From the NCBI RefSeq assembly GCF_009914755.1, contig NC_060926.1: DNA of 64,000 bases. One strand, 5' to 3'. A model generated the notes under the pieces. The model worked only from the letters and a program-made list of their open reading frames with translations. It did no database searches and was not told the origin of the DNA. The position numbers and the translations under genes were made by a program. Positions 43,829-55,905 of this stretch are shown piece after piece. Positions within the stretch are counted from its first letter, which is position 1. Every line of letters begins with the position of its first letter. Source of the stretch: the human T2T-CHM13v2.0 reference genome, Homo sapiens.

Positions 43829-46800
43829 CGGGCTTTTCTTTTAGGCTCTTTGACCTAGAGAAATGAAGCTTGGAACAGGGGATCTGCAGGCACTAACTTG
43901 TAGAGGAGAGTCCCAGAGGTGCAGGTATCATGCATTCAGTGAGCTGGGAAACTCTAGCCCGGGAACATGGAGTCACTAAGTCTTTCAATGTAGGAAAGGA
44001 GCCCCAACTGTTAAGGCAGCTAGCCAAGCAGGTGACAAACTGTTGCACTTCAAAGACAGGAAATCCCTTCAAACGTTAAATTGTAAGGACACAAAATGAC
44101 CTACATTCAGGAAAATGGGGAGTCAGTAATTCCACATCAGGCTTGTTCCAGTTTATTGAAGCATGTCTGGTGGATATTAACTGGTCCTAAGGATCCCACT
44201 CTAAGTGAATGGCAGCCTTTTCCACCAGAAACCCACATTTTCAACATCTTATTTTTAAAAAGTCATTCGAGTTCACATCAGATTGAAGTTATTATGTAAG
44301 GACTCTCTCTGGGACAGTTTTCAACCCTAAAATTAGTCTAGTTTAAAATTACAATTACTCAGAATGTTTAAGAAATCTATGAACATGTTTAAAAAATCTT
44401 CTGAACATCAAAACTAAGAGAAGGCATCAGTCTACAGTGCAGTCTTAGAAAACAACTGATGGATTGCTTAAAATTGGAAAGACAGCCTAGAAGTGCCACA
44501 ATATCAAGGCATAGGACTTCCTAGTAGTTTTACCCAGCTCAGAAGGCAAAGTCTAGATGGATTTCCTGCCAATCCCCAAAACTACCTAGGGCTGTGGATG
44601 CAGCAGTTTGAAACATGTGTCAATGCTAAATACTTGTCCAACTGGCTTGAAATAAAGGGAGGGCTGGGGGTGGGGATGGTTGAAGGGGGCAGAGAAATGG
44701 CATATGCTTTTCTCAAGGCAGGGCCTCTGTCCCCCAGCACTCGAAGAATTACTGAACAAATGTGTTAAGTGGGAAGGAAATGGATGGGTAAAAGCTAACT
44801 TCATCTCAGCACAAAAGAAGTTGTCCTTCCATGCTTACATTTTCAAAATGCAAAAATCCAAAAAGCATCGATATTGGAAAATTCTTGGGAAACTGAAAAG
44901 CTTAACCATATTCCATAATTTTATTAATTTAAGACCTTCCAAGCAGGGAGGTCAAACTTAACTCTGCTTCCAGCTTACAAAGCACGTCAACTTATTTTGT
45001 ATGTATAGCTATAAACTGTTTGCAAGTTTCCTCAGTCAGGTACTCGGGATGAATTATGAATGGAATTAGCCAGCCTGACTTGGAATTTCCTCACTTTTAC
45101 TGGTCTTTAAACAAGATTTTTATACATTCATATGTAATCGATGGAACCAACACATGAAATGGCCCTTCACATAAAACACTCTCTTTTAAAGTGATTTTGC
45201 AGTTAAGGAAACCTAAATATGAACTTCTGATGTGGAAAAGGTAGTTTTTATATGCTATTTAGAAACTGATCTGAAAAACTGATGAGCTGACCACAAGATT
45301 TCTGTCAGAAACTGAAATTAGGATTATATTTTAAAATACAATTGTAAATGCTTGCTTTCTTTTATAAAACCAATCTGCTTCTCATATTCCTAGCCTTAGT
45401 CACACTGAAAATACATAAATTTGGTATTTGGTTATTGAGTTTTGAAGTTGCAAGGCAGGATAATTTAGATATTCATAAATACAGAGCATAAGAAAATCCT
45501 TCCTGAGTGCAAAACTATCTTTAAAATAATCATCCAAAGGAGTGAATGCCACACCTCCTGATTTAATTTTGGCTATTAGCTATTCATTCCTTAATATACA
45601 TTCTTCCACATAAAACTTGCACTGTCTTAAAACTTGCCTACAAACTGGCATGTCCAAATTGTGTGCATAAAAAATAAGATGAAGATCGATGCCAAGTTTT
45701 CAAGAAAGAAATGAATTTGGATTGTTTATTACACCAACAAGACACATGTTCAAATTTATCCCCTGTATATAAAAAGATTAGTATAAAATATTTCTCAATT
45801 GTTTATGCAGAAAGTAGTAGGGAACAAATTCCAATAATTTTTATCACATAGCTGATATAGCTAAATATTTGGAACCTTTAAAAGAAAAGTGTTAATTAAA
45901 ATACATATAAATTTTTCAAAGTTTAAAAAGCAGTTGGAAAAATACTTCTACCACTTAGAACACAATTACCTGCACAGCTTAATAGTCTTATGGATTTCAG
46001 TAGTAAAATATGTTTAGAAACATCTTGTCTTTTCCATTCCCTCAAACACACAGTGGGCTGAGAATATAACTCTTCATAATATATTAAAAAGTATCCACCA
46101 TCTTGAGAAAACTATATATTATGGTAATAATTTTTACATCTGATTATGCCATTTTTAGACTATGGAATATAGTTTCTGAATTCTTTTGGGGGGAGGGAAA
46201 TGGTGTGGAAAAACTACTTTTAAAACGTGCTTCTATCTTCATTTAAAATGTATAAATTCTCAAGTTTCTTAACAAAAAACTTTGATCCCACTATTTTATA
46301 TAGACTGCATTTATAGGCTTGGAAATCCTGTTCTCTCTATTAAACTCCTTAGACAGGATTATATTAATCTTACTTAAAAGAAAAAACTACTTACAGCAAA
46401 CATGGCACTCAAAAGAATTAAAAATAATACTTGCAATATTTTAATATTTATGAAAATCTGTTTTTTGAAAGACAGATGAACTTAGAAATGTGAACACACA
46501 AAAAAATACAAGTATAAAGTTTCCTTTCGAAACTTTTCCTTTCAAAGAAATATTTATCCCACATTTCTACATGCAAAACTTTTAGTGTAAACTATTGAGA
46601 AAATCCTAAATAGTAAAACATTTGTTTCTGTAAGTCCATAAGCACTTGCTGTACATACTCAGAGGCAGCCCTGGCCCACTGTATCCGCAAATGCATCTGC
46701 AGGGGGAATGGTTCCAAGCCAGTCACTGAGTGTCATCTGTCCCTTCTCCAGGGGCAGGGACATTGAGTCACAATGAAATTTTATTATTTATATACATTAT

Positions 46801-47762
46801 TTTAAATTCTGTTTTTCTTAGAGCTCAAAGCTTTGACAGTAAATGTCAAACCACACTGAAGTTGACTTGTTAGCTTTTGTAGCTAGCCTTACTGCTGTCG
46901 GCTATTTCAAATTGCAAATGACAATAAACAGGTGGTTTTTTCTTTTAATCACTAAAGAACATCCCTTTTCATATAGCTAATATAACAAAAAAGTCTAAAA
47001 CATGGGCATATAATTCCCACTGTAAATTAATTATAATTATTTCAGGCTTAAGTATTAATAGTAAGTGAATTCTTTTCAAGAGATCCTTGGCGGTTCCATT
47101 TGCCCTTGAACATTAACCCTGCCACCTCAAAACTCAATGCCTTTGCACTTAGTCTAGAAAATTAAAAATACAACTCGTCCTCATCCTAGTAACCTGCGCA
47201 AGTCTCTACAAGAGACTGGAGGATCTACGTGGTAACTAACTTTAACTTACCTCTTCTAGGCTTTATTAACGAGTTTATCAAAAAATATTAACTTTCAGGC
47301 AAGATGTGGCTAATTCTTAAATGCAGCTTAAAACTTTCGACATCCCCTTGTAAAAATGATGCCACGAAATGTGCCACTGTCCATTTATTTCCCATTTCAC
47401 TTAACGCATTAATATTGACCCTTCGGACAGCAGCGCTGGCATCATTTTGGAGCTGCAAAGCAAGACGTGGCGCGTTGATGAGCTAAAAAGGACCCGTCTT
47501 TCACTGGGCCCCTTACCAACATCTCTCTCCCTAGAAGACAAATACTTTTCAGATCTCGCACCCCTCTTTACAAACCTGAGCGGGGCTTTCGGGGTAAGGG
47601 GAGGCAAGACTTTGGTGGGAGCTGCTCGTCTTCAGCAAAGCGAGGGCCGGCTGCAAAGGCGCAGGCTGGCAGTTCGGGTCATTTCCTGCCGATTCCCCAT
47701 TCCCCTCGGAGCAGCTTGGAGAGGAAGTCGGACTTCTTTTCCAGGCGGAGCCTCCACGATGG

Positions 47763-47806
47763 GCGTGGGCGCCTCGTGCGTGGGCCGGGGGCCTCGTGCG
47801 TGGGCG
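47763..47806 (+). promoter_or_regulatory. Cluster of EGR1/WT1-type sites
   Basis: GCGTGGGCG at 47763-47771 and 47798-47806, near-match GCGTGGGCC at 47778-47786. Confidence 0.55.
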
Positions 47807-48301
47807 GGGATCGGGGCCTGGGAAAAACCGGAACCCGGTACCCGCCCGCGCCCTCGCGCGTCGGCCAGGAACCTCGGCCCCATGCGGGCGGGCAAGCGCG
47901 GCCAGCAGGGCCGGGAAGAGGGGTCCCCGGGGCCCCGGATGCGCTGAACTCCGGGGAGGGGATGGGCAGGAGAGAGAGCACACTCCTGGAGCCGCGACGT
48001 CCAAACCCGGACGCACTTGAACCCGCAGCGAGGCCCCTGGCTCGCGGCCTTCGGAGAGCACCCGCGCCCCGCGCAGACCGGACGCCGGCCTTGCCCGATC
48101 CTCGGCATCCTTCGGCGGGGCGGTCAGTCCCAGGGCGCTCGCTGAGGGCCACACCCTGGCCCCAGAGTTTAGCACCGCCGCGGGCAGGGCGCTCCGCTCC
48201 CGGACCCCGAATCTGAAAGCGGAGACCAAGGGCTGCCTGCGGCAAAGCTCGACATACACTTGATTTTCTTCCGATTTGGAGAAAATGTCACGGGCGAGAG
48301 C

Positions 48302-48326
48302 AAAAAAAAAAAAAAAAAAAAAAAAA
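48302..48326 (+). repeat. A25 homopolymer inside the CpG island
   Basis: 25 consecutive A with no adjoining Alu or L1 body. Confidence 0.9.
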
Positions 48327-48429
48327 CCCTAACTGTAAATATTATTTGGAGGTGGGCGAGGGCGCGGCGTGCGCGCGGCGGCGGGTGGCGGGCGGCGCGG
48401 GCGCCCTTGCGGGGATTCCCGGTCTCTCA

Positions 48430-48443
48430 GCGCGCCCTAGTGG
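48430..48443 (-). promoter_or_regulatory. CTCF-like motif
   Basis: Minus strand reads CCACTAGGGCGCGC, one mismatch from CCACTAGGGGGCGC. Confidence 0.5.
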
Positions 48444-49071
48444 ACGCCCTGCCTTTCGCTGGCTCCCCGTGCTCGTTACAATCTGCAATATATTATTTCT
48501 TCCGAAGTATTGACAATGTGTGAGACTCCAGTAACCCCGGAGCTCTCGTCTGTAATCAGCACATTTATCCACATTTAAGGGGGAAAATCCGAATTAAATC
48601 CCCGTGACCCTGATTGGGTTACAGTGTCATTTTCCCTGGATCCTCTTTTAAATCCACTCCACACTGCTTCTCTGTCTATTACATGCTAATTTAATTTTAC
48701 TGTGGAAGATATTTTCAGGATTTGCTGAGGACAGTAAATTTTGTAGTTTATGTTATTTCACTTTTTATGACTTTTTAACACTTAATAAAATTTTATTAGA
48801 GCACTTTTGTGTTTACAAGGCCACAAAACTCTTGGCAGGTTGTCAGAAGTCCTTTTTATTATGATCCTACTGATATACTGCGAGTAATGAAATAATCATG
48901 TCCAGAAATGTATCAAAGGCCAGAGGGATTATCCCACTTAATAGCTCCACAGATGCGCCCAGAAGAATGTGGACGCGCGACAGGACGGGCTGAAAGGCTG
49001 CAGGAGGAAGCAGGCAGCCCCGGCTCCTGGCTTTACCATTTCGGTTGCTTTCCTAAAAGGCTACATGCAGG

Positions 49072-49081
49072 GTCATGTGAC
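49072..49081. promoter_or_regulatory. Extended E-box (MiT/TFE/USF-type)
   Basis: GTCATGTGAC, one base from the palindromic GTCACGTGAC CLEAR element. Confidence 0.4.
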
Positions 49082-50999
49082 TTTCCGCGGTCTCAATTAA
49101 AAAAAAAAAAAAAAAAAAGAATTTATTCTATTGCAAAATGTGCTTTTCTTTTTATACTCCTTGTGTGGGCATTTAAGACTGTTCAAGTGGCAGTGGGGTT
49201 GGCTGTACATATCCATGTCAGTCACCGCGCCCGGCCCCACTTTCTTCTCATTTCTAAGTGTACTTTTGTGGCATTTAAACTGCCGATGGTGACTTTGGTG
49301 TTGAGCGGTGTTGTTTCCACAGCCCACACTGAAGGCATTGGGAGGGACCCAGGAGGGCACAAGGTGTTTTAAGGCCCTTTCCCACCTGCCAAACACCTTT
49401 TGCTGTTGCTTTTTGGTTTTATTTTGTTTTGCGAAACCGGGGAATAGTGACTTAAGGACTCGGCTTTCTGCCTTGTGCCAGAGAGCCACAGTACACTGCT
49501 TTTATTTTTATTTTTTGGTAAGACTTGGCTATAGGAAGGACTGAGAATATAGCTTTCATTTCTTTTAAAAACCATTTCCTTTTCTTTTAAATAGATACGT
49601 GATCATTTAACACACGGGTGTTAAGTTCATTCTTGCTGCAAAAGAAGGCCATTGTACCTCCTGACCCTGAAAGCAAGGTGGGTGGCTTTGTTTTATAATT
49701 AAATTTTCTGTCTTCAGCTTCATATTTCTCTTTCTCTGTTATTTCCTAAAGAGTGTGTCAAAGTGATAAAAGAGGTGAGGAATGGACTCATAAACAGAGT
49801 GATTTTGAAATTACTGTTGGTGTATCCATAGCACGTGTTCTTCTAAACTTTGGCTTTTAAGGATTTCAGCAGGGTTTTTCACAAGCAAGTGTGTGTGTGT
49901 GTTTCATGTTCCAACATATCACATTAGGATTTTGTAATCTGTCACTGTTTAAAACAGCCTCTGGGAAGTGCGCCTCTCTCTGGATTGCCTCCATCACACA
50001 TGTGTGTTCTCTCCCATTCAGAAATACGTAAGGCTGCTCATGATGCTCTTTGATTTCAACTTCAAGGAAGCAGTTTAGTTTTTTGTATGTCGTTTGCTAA
50101 CCATGGACAAAATTTAGCACCTGGTCTAATAGTCTTCTGTGTGTCTGTGATGGCCTAGATTCTGAAAAGAGCTTACGAAGGACTGCAGTCCTACCTTAAA
50201 AATAATTATGTCCTGAGATCATTTGGGCAGCCATTTATCTCCTTTTCTGGTATTTTCTATTTGCAAATATGAGTCAGTTTTTCTTTCTCTTTTTCAAATT
50301 ATTTCTCTAACAGTTAAAGAACTAGGAAAGAAAGTGATGTTAGGCCCTGACTAAATATTCTTCCTTCATTCTGCTTACTACTGACGGCTTGTTTTCTTTG
50401 CCTTTTACCACATGAGACACAAGATATGAGACGGAGCAGAGAAAAAGGTTCTGATGTTAGCTCTCCAAATTCCAGAGTGTTTTGCATAAGGGAATTTATG
50501 CTCAAGTTCAGGAATCAAGAGGAACATATTAATTTTCATTCTGCTATGAAGTGACAGTTCAATTTTATGAGTAATTTGTGTCTGGGACAATTTAAATAAT
50601 ACTTAAAAGCCTGCAGTAGCTTTCAAGTTAAAAATCTATTGTGTTCAATTATGAAGTAAACCTCCCCAAGGCAGATCCATTTAATGCATCAAAGTATGTT
50701 TTTAACTCTTATTCAAAACTCCAAGAGATTGGCTTAAATATGGTAACTGATGGCACACAGCTGTGTTAATGGAGGGCTAACTAGTGTCCACACCGACTTC
50801 ACAGTCCCTTCTCAAGTCTTCAGTGATGAAAGGAAAGAAAAGAGTGAAGCCTCAATCTTTTCATCTAGAGAATCGATCTTCAAAAACAGGAGTAAAGGAG
50901 CCACACCAGAGGCATGCAATGGTCTCCTCATAAGAAAACGTGCTGTTACAAAGCAGTAAGGTATTGGTGATACCAGGGCAGACCCTAGAACCACTTTGC

Positions 51000-51270
51000 T
51001 TGTTTCCAATCCAGTTCTGCTGTCTATTACTGTGTGGCCCTGGACAAGTTATATAACCTCTCTGTGATTAGTTTTTTCATCTGTAGAATGAGACTGATGC
51101 TAGTCCCCCCCTCCTAGTTTTGTTGAAAAGTTTAAAGAGTTAATTCATATGAAATGCTTAAAACAGACCCTGAGTGCTTCTTAAAACAAACTCCTGGAAG
51201 ACTGACATATCCATCACCTAGCACAGTGCCTGGCACATAGTAGGTCAATCAATATTTGTTGGATGAATAT
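51000..51270 (+). mobile_element. MIR followed by an L2 tail
   Basis: TGTGTGGCCCTGGACAAGTTATATAACCTCTCTGTG..TCATCTGTAGAATGAG; CCTAGCACAGTGCCTGGCACATAGTAGGTCAATCAATATTTGTTGGATGAAT. Confidence 0.75.
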
Positions 51271-51599
51271 TGGATGTTATTTCATTGAGTGCCCTAGTTG
51301 GTTCAGGTGTGACCCATGAAGCAATGACTGAAGCACTCTCAGCCTCAGGTGTGGACTTGACTACTGAGAGTGGGCAGCACTCCAAGAGAAGTTTTATCCA
51401 ACTGCAATTTTACTTTTTCTACGGATTTCTATGTTGTCTTCTTGATTAACAATTGGGTTATAAAGCTTTTGAGAAAAGAGCATCCGAAATTTTGAGGGGT
51501 CTCTATAGCACTTACCACAGTGCTTTGTACATAAGTAATAGACAATTGGTAAGACAGTATGCCACACATATCAGAGCAGTATGCATTACAGTCTTTTAT

Positions 51600-51840
51600 T
51601 CAATAAACGATGGTTACAGGCACTATGCGAAATCTTTTCCATACATTGTTTCATTTTATTCACACTAATTTTCATACAGGTAGTTACAATCCCTATTGTA
51701 TAGGTAAGGAAAATATGAGGCTCAGAGAAGCCTAGTGACTTTCCCAAGGTCACACAGCTAGTAAATGACAGGTCTGGATGTTTAGTCCAGGTCTATGGAA
51801 ATGTCAAACATATACAGTTAGCACTACCCTGCACTGCCTC
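51600..51840 (-). mobile_element. MIR SINE
   Basis: TGAGGCTCAGAGAAGCCTAGTGACTTTCCCAAGGTCACACAGCTAGTAAATGAC. Confidence 0.8.
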
Positions 51841-52490
51841 CCAATCTGTTTGGCTTTAAAGAGTCCCTAATCAATCTGGTCATTTACAATTAATGTGTAA
51901 ACCATAATGAAAATGGAAATGATTAAGGCTGGAACCCAGGCCTATTATTCTTGAATTAGTCTTGTGCGGTGGTTGGAATACTAGGCCCAGTGGGGTGAGA
52001 CACAGGCCTGCCTCCCAGGGTCTTTCCTGTCCTCCGCTCATTCCACCACTACATGTAGATATTTGAAAAGGCCCAGAGGAAAAGTCAGGGTTACTTTTTT
52101 CCCCTCTGTGGAAAAACATGATGAAGCTGAATTTACCTCAACTAGTATTAAAACATCAAGTGAACAGATGTACATATTGATTAAAGATGAAGAAAGGAGA
52201 ACTCAGACAAGTGGGTGGCAGAGCAGTTTTTCCTTTTAACCAAACGTTCTTTCTTTATGGCCTTTAAAGATATGCATTCTTCCAAGATACTTGATGGGTG
52301 TTCTGACCATTTCAGGGAATGAAGAACAGCCTGAGACCATAAGGAAAGCCTTGATTCATGTACGAGTTTCTTTAATGAGTAAGCAAGAGTCATGCAAGAG
52401 TGCTCTGCTGTAGCCATGTGATTCATTCTGTACCCCTGAAACAAATATGTACAGAACCCCAAAAGAGGAAGCTAAGGAGCCTGTGAGTTA

Positions 52491-52814
<324 letters not shown>

Positions 52815-54169
52815 CTATCCCTGAGAAGGCAGAAGTCATTCTTAGGTTTAGAGAGAGTCTACTACAGCCAAAACAGTTAGAATTAATCTTGGACTTATGA
52901 CTTTGTGGCTGTTATTGCTGGGACAGGGGGACGGAAATGGGGGGAGGAATTGAGGGATACCTCCAAAGAACTCACAAGTCTGCAGAGACCGAGCTCACTA
53001 CATAAATACAGCAGTGGCAGACTCCAAACCTCAACTTGCTGCTCAGGGAACCCCAGGCAGTACCAGGCTTTGGTGGCTTTGCTGGAAAAGAGTTCTGGGG
53101 TTTACCAGCCCTCTCATGCATTTAACTCTGGGCACTCAACTCACCTTAAGTCTTTGAGTTTTCTTATTGAAAGAGAAAAGTAATCACACCTTAAATTAAA
53201 TTTATGGGTTTTTTTGAATAAAGGATATACTTATAGTTTCCAGCTCTTCACTGTGAAGTCTGATTAATTTTTTAACAGATGAGGAATTTGTGTATTGATG
53301 AATATTTGATAAAAACAAGAGAAAACATTAAAAAGCAACATGAACTGCAGAGTTCAATCCCACCAAAATAACAATGTAGCACTGTATATCTTGAAACTGA
53401 GGTTAGACTCTCTAGGAAGAACATGGAGGAAATAAATGCTCAATCCATATTGCAGCAGACATAATTTTAAGCCACCACAACTTTCAAGGACCTTTGAACC
53501 ATTTTCTTCAAATTTGCCTTGCCTTTCTTTCTGCATCTGTGAACTTGCCAAGTTAGAGTTTATTGCTGTAACAGGTTTTGAATGATAGTGTATCTGTTTT
53601 GAAAAGGTCAGTACTTTTTGATTATTTGATGGAAAGAATGTGTGCTTTTCCTTTTTTATGTATCTTTCAAACCAACTGTCTTGATATAAATGGAATCTTT
53701 AAAAAATATATTTACCCTTTTTAGACTAAGACCAAACATTCCGTTCCATGAAAGTCATGAGTGGTTGCTGAAAGGAGGTTATGAATGAAATAGTGTCTCC
53801 GCTTGAACGTCAGCAGCTAGCCTGCATTTATTCCTCAATTTCCAGAATCTAGAATAAAAATAGTGATTAGCAAGGCCAAAATACAAAACCCCAGGACGTA
53901 AAGCAGTGAGCACAGGGAGGCTCCCAGGACAGGAAGCCACTGGAAGCTGGTTGCTAGGAGACACTCGTCTTTTGCCGGCAGCAGGAAGATGTCCTTCAGC
54001 ATGGCTTCCCCTGTGGTTGGCTTTGGACAAGCCGTGAATCAGACTGTCCTCACTAGTGCCGCCCTCCCAGCAGGGCCGACCAGCCTACCATACAGGTGCC
54101 ACTGAGGGGCAATGGTGGGTCCTGTTCCCTGGGAAAGTTTCTCACATGTGCCCAGCTTTTCTGATATGC

Positions 54170-54820
54170 TCTTCTGAAATCAACAAGCATTTGATGTCTA
54201 CTCTGGGTTATAAGAATATGGAAAAAAAAAAAAACAGTTTCCTGGGTGGTGCTTTTTAGGTGAGAATTTTAAAAAATAAAATCATACCCTAAATTATACG
54301 AAACAGCCTACAAGAGCTGTAGGAAAAAAGAGAGATAAGATAATGAGTTAATGGTAATTAAAAGAGAAATCATAGAGGAGAGAGCATCAGAGCTGGAGGA
54401 TTCACCTAGGGAGGAGGATGCTGGCAGGGGAACACCCTGTTTACTGTCAAGAGCTCTCGGAGGGCCCTTGATGGCAGTGAACTTGTCTTTCTTGCTCCCA
54501 GAAGCATCCCCAGTACATAGGACAGTGTTTGTCAGAGTGTTCAGGGTTCAATGGCTGAACAAATGCAGGAGAATGAAGATGCTGAAGATGAGCAGAGGGG
54601 CTTGGTGGTCATTGTTGGTGTTCCAGGGAAGAACCAGTGGAGAGAATGCTGAATGAAGAAGGCTGGCCTCATTGTTATCAGAGTCTGTAGTGGAAAATGG
54701 TGAGAAATGAGGTGGCTGGATAAGGTGCAGACCAGTTATGAAGACTCCTAAAAACCAGACAGAAAATGGCTTAAAGAAATTAGGGAGCTACTGTGGGAAT
54801 CTGAGCCTGGTAGAGATGAA
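54170..54820 (-). mobile_element. L2 fragments
   Basis: TCAACAAGCATTTGATGTCTACTCTG; TGAGAAATGAGGTGGCTGGATAAGGTGCAGACCAG..TAGGGAGCTACTG. Confidence 0.55.
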
Positions 54821-54954
54821 AGTTTTATGGTTTACAAATGCTTCTTTTCAAATGCATCATCACTTAACATGTACAGTTTATTATATGTCCGTTACAACTC
54901 GATAAAGCTGTTAAAAATACATGATCTCATTAGGTGTTCAATATTTGGTGAAAT

Positions 54955-55065
54955 GGACCTTATCCTTATTTCATTTTTACAGATGAGGAAACTGAGACCC
55001 AGAGAGGTTCATGGCTTGCCCGAGTTCAAACGTTTCAGATGACAAGCCAAGACTTCCGGGTTTTC
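54955..55065 (-). mobile_element. MIR core
   Basis: TTTTACAGATGAGGAAACTGAGACCCAGAGAGGTTCATGGCTTGCCC. Confidence 0.8.
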
Positions 55066-55689
55066 TGCCTCCACGTCCCTCATTTGCTTCTTTCTGAATG
55101 CAGCTCTCTGCTGAGGGACTTGGAAGGAGACTGGCCTGTGGTTGGGGAGGCCAGTTGGGAGGCGGCGGCAGATGGCTGTTTGCAGTTTTCTCTCCCTCTC
55201 TCTCCCTTGCTTTCTTGTCTATGCTGCCCTCACCTTCTCTTCTTTTCTCCTCCATTGTTTCTTCTTCCCTGACAGTGTCTCAGACCTCTGGGTGGCATCC
55301 TGCTAAGCTGCACATGTGGGGGTTGCTCCCTGACTGTCACAGCTGCTAAGGGGCCAGCTTTAGGGCAGTGCTGTGCCATTTGGACATGAAGGGCAGCACC
55401 TTTGGGACCTGCAGCATTACATCTGTGGCACCTCTTTGGAGAGGTCTGATGTAAAAGAGAACACAAAGAATGAGATTTGGAGCCCAGGAAATATTACTAA
55501 GATTCAGACAATACGTGGGAATGTTGCATTTAAATATGCAGTTAACAGATCATCTTAATCGTCTTCCCCAGACCTAGCTTCAAAAGCATTCACCCAGTTC
55601 TCACATGTGTGAGTGAAAATCACTTAGATTTTGACTTGGCTATTAAATGGCCTCAAGCAAAAGCAAGTCAACCAAATTAGAAAGAAGGC

Positions 55690-55905
55690 AAAGTGCTATG
55701 GGCTTTGGAGCGAGATGACTGTGAAGTTCAATCTGGATTCCTCCATTTACTACATGTCACTAGTGCTAGATGCTACTTAGCCTCTTTGGGCCTCAGTTTT
55801 CTCATCTGTAAAATGGAAATAATGAGTCCAACTTAACAGGTTTGTTACAGCAATTAAATAACCGATGTATTGTGCACAGTGCCAGGCATGCAGTGAGCCC
55901 TCACC
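55690..55905 (+). mobile_element. MIR SINE
   Basis: GGGCCTCAGTTTTCTCATCTGTAAAATGGAAATAATG..GCACAGTGCCAGGCATGCAGTGAGCCCTCA. Confidence 0.85.

Larger units (their letters stand above)
47450..48550. promoter_or_regulatory. CpG island / probable promoter
   Basis: Abrupt switch from AT-rich DNA to GC- and CpG-dense non-repeat sequence with GC boxes; a second CpG-enriched shoulder at 48880-49240. Confidence 0.9.

Noticed and set aside
46861-46902. Possible pre-miRNA hairpin (GTTGAC..TAGCT-TTTGT-AGCTA..GTCGGC)
   Set aside because: Stem is too short and asymmetric for a Drosha substrate, and it matches no miRNA I recognise.
47447-48572. Overlapping 158-236 aa ORFs on both strands of the CpG island
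   Set aside because: Arg/Gly/Pro/Ala-rich with no recognisable domain, open in many frames because GC-rich DNA lacks stop codons; several use non-ATG starts.
49223-49236. CACCGCGCCCGGCC, the reverse complement of the Alu 5' end, near an A20 tract
   Set aside because: Only 14 GC-rich bases with no further Alu homology, and the orientation is inconsistent with the A tract.
47450-49520. Assigning a gene name to the CpG-island promoter
   Set aside because: No coding exon or sequence I can recognise with confidence; needs BLAT against the human genome.
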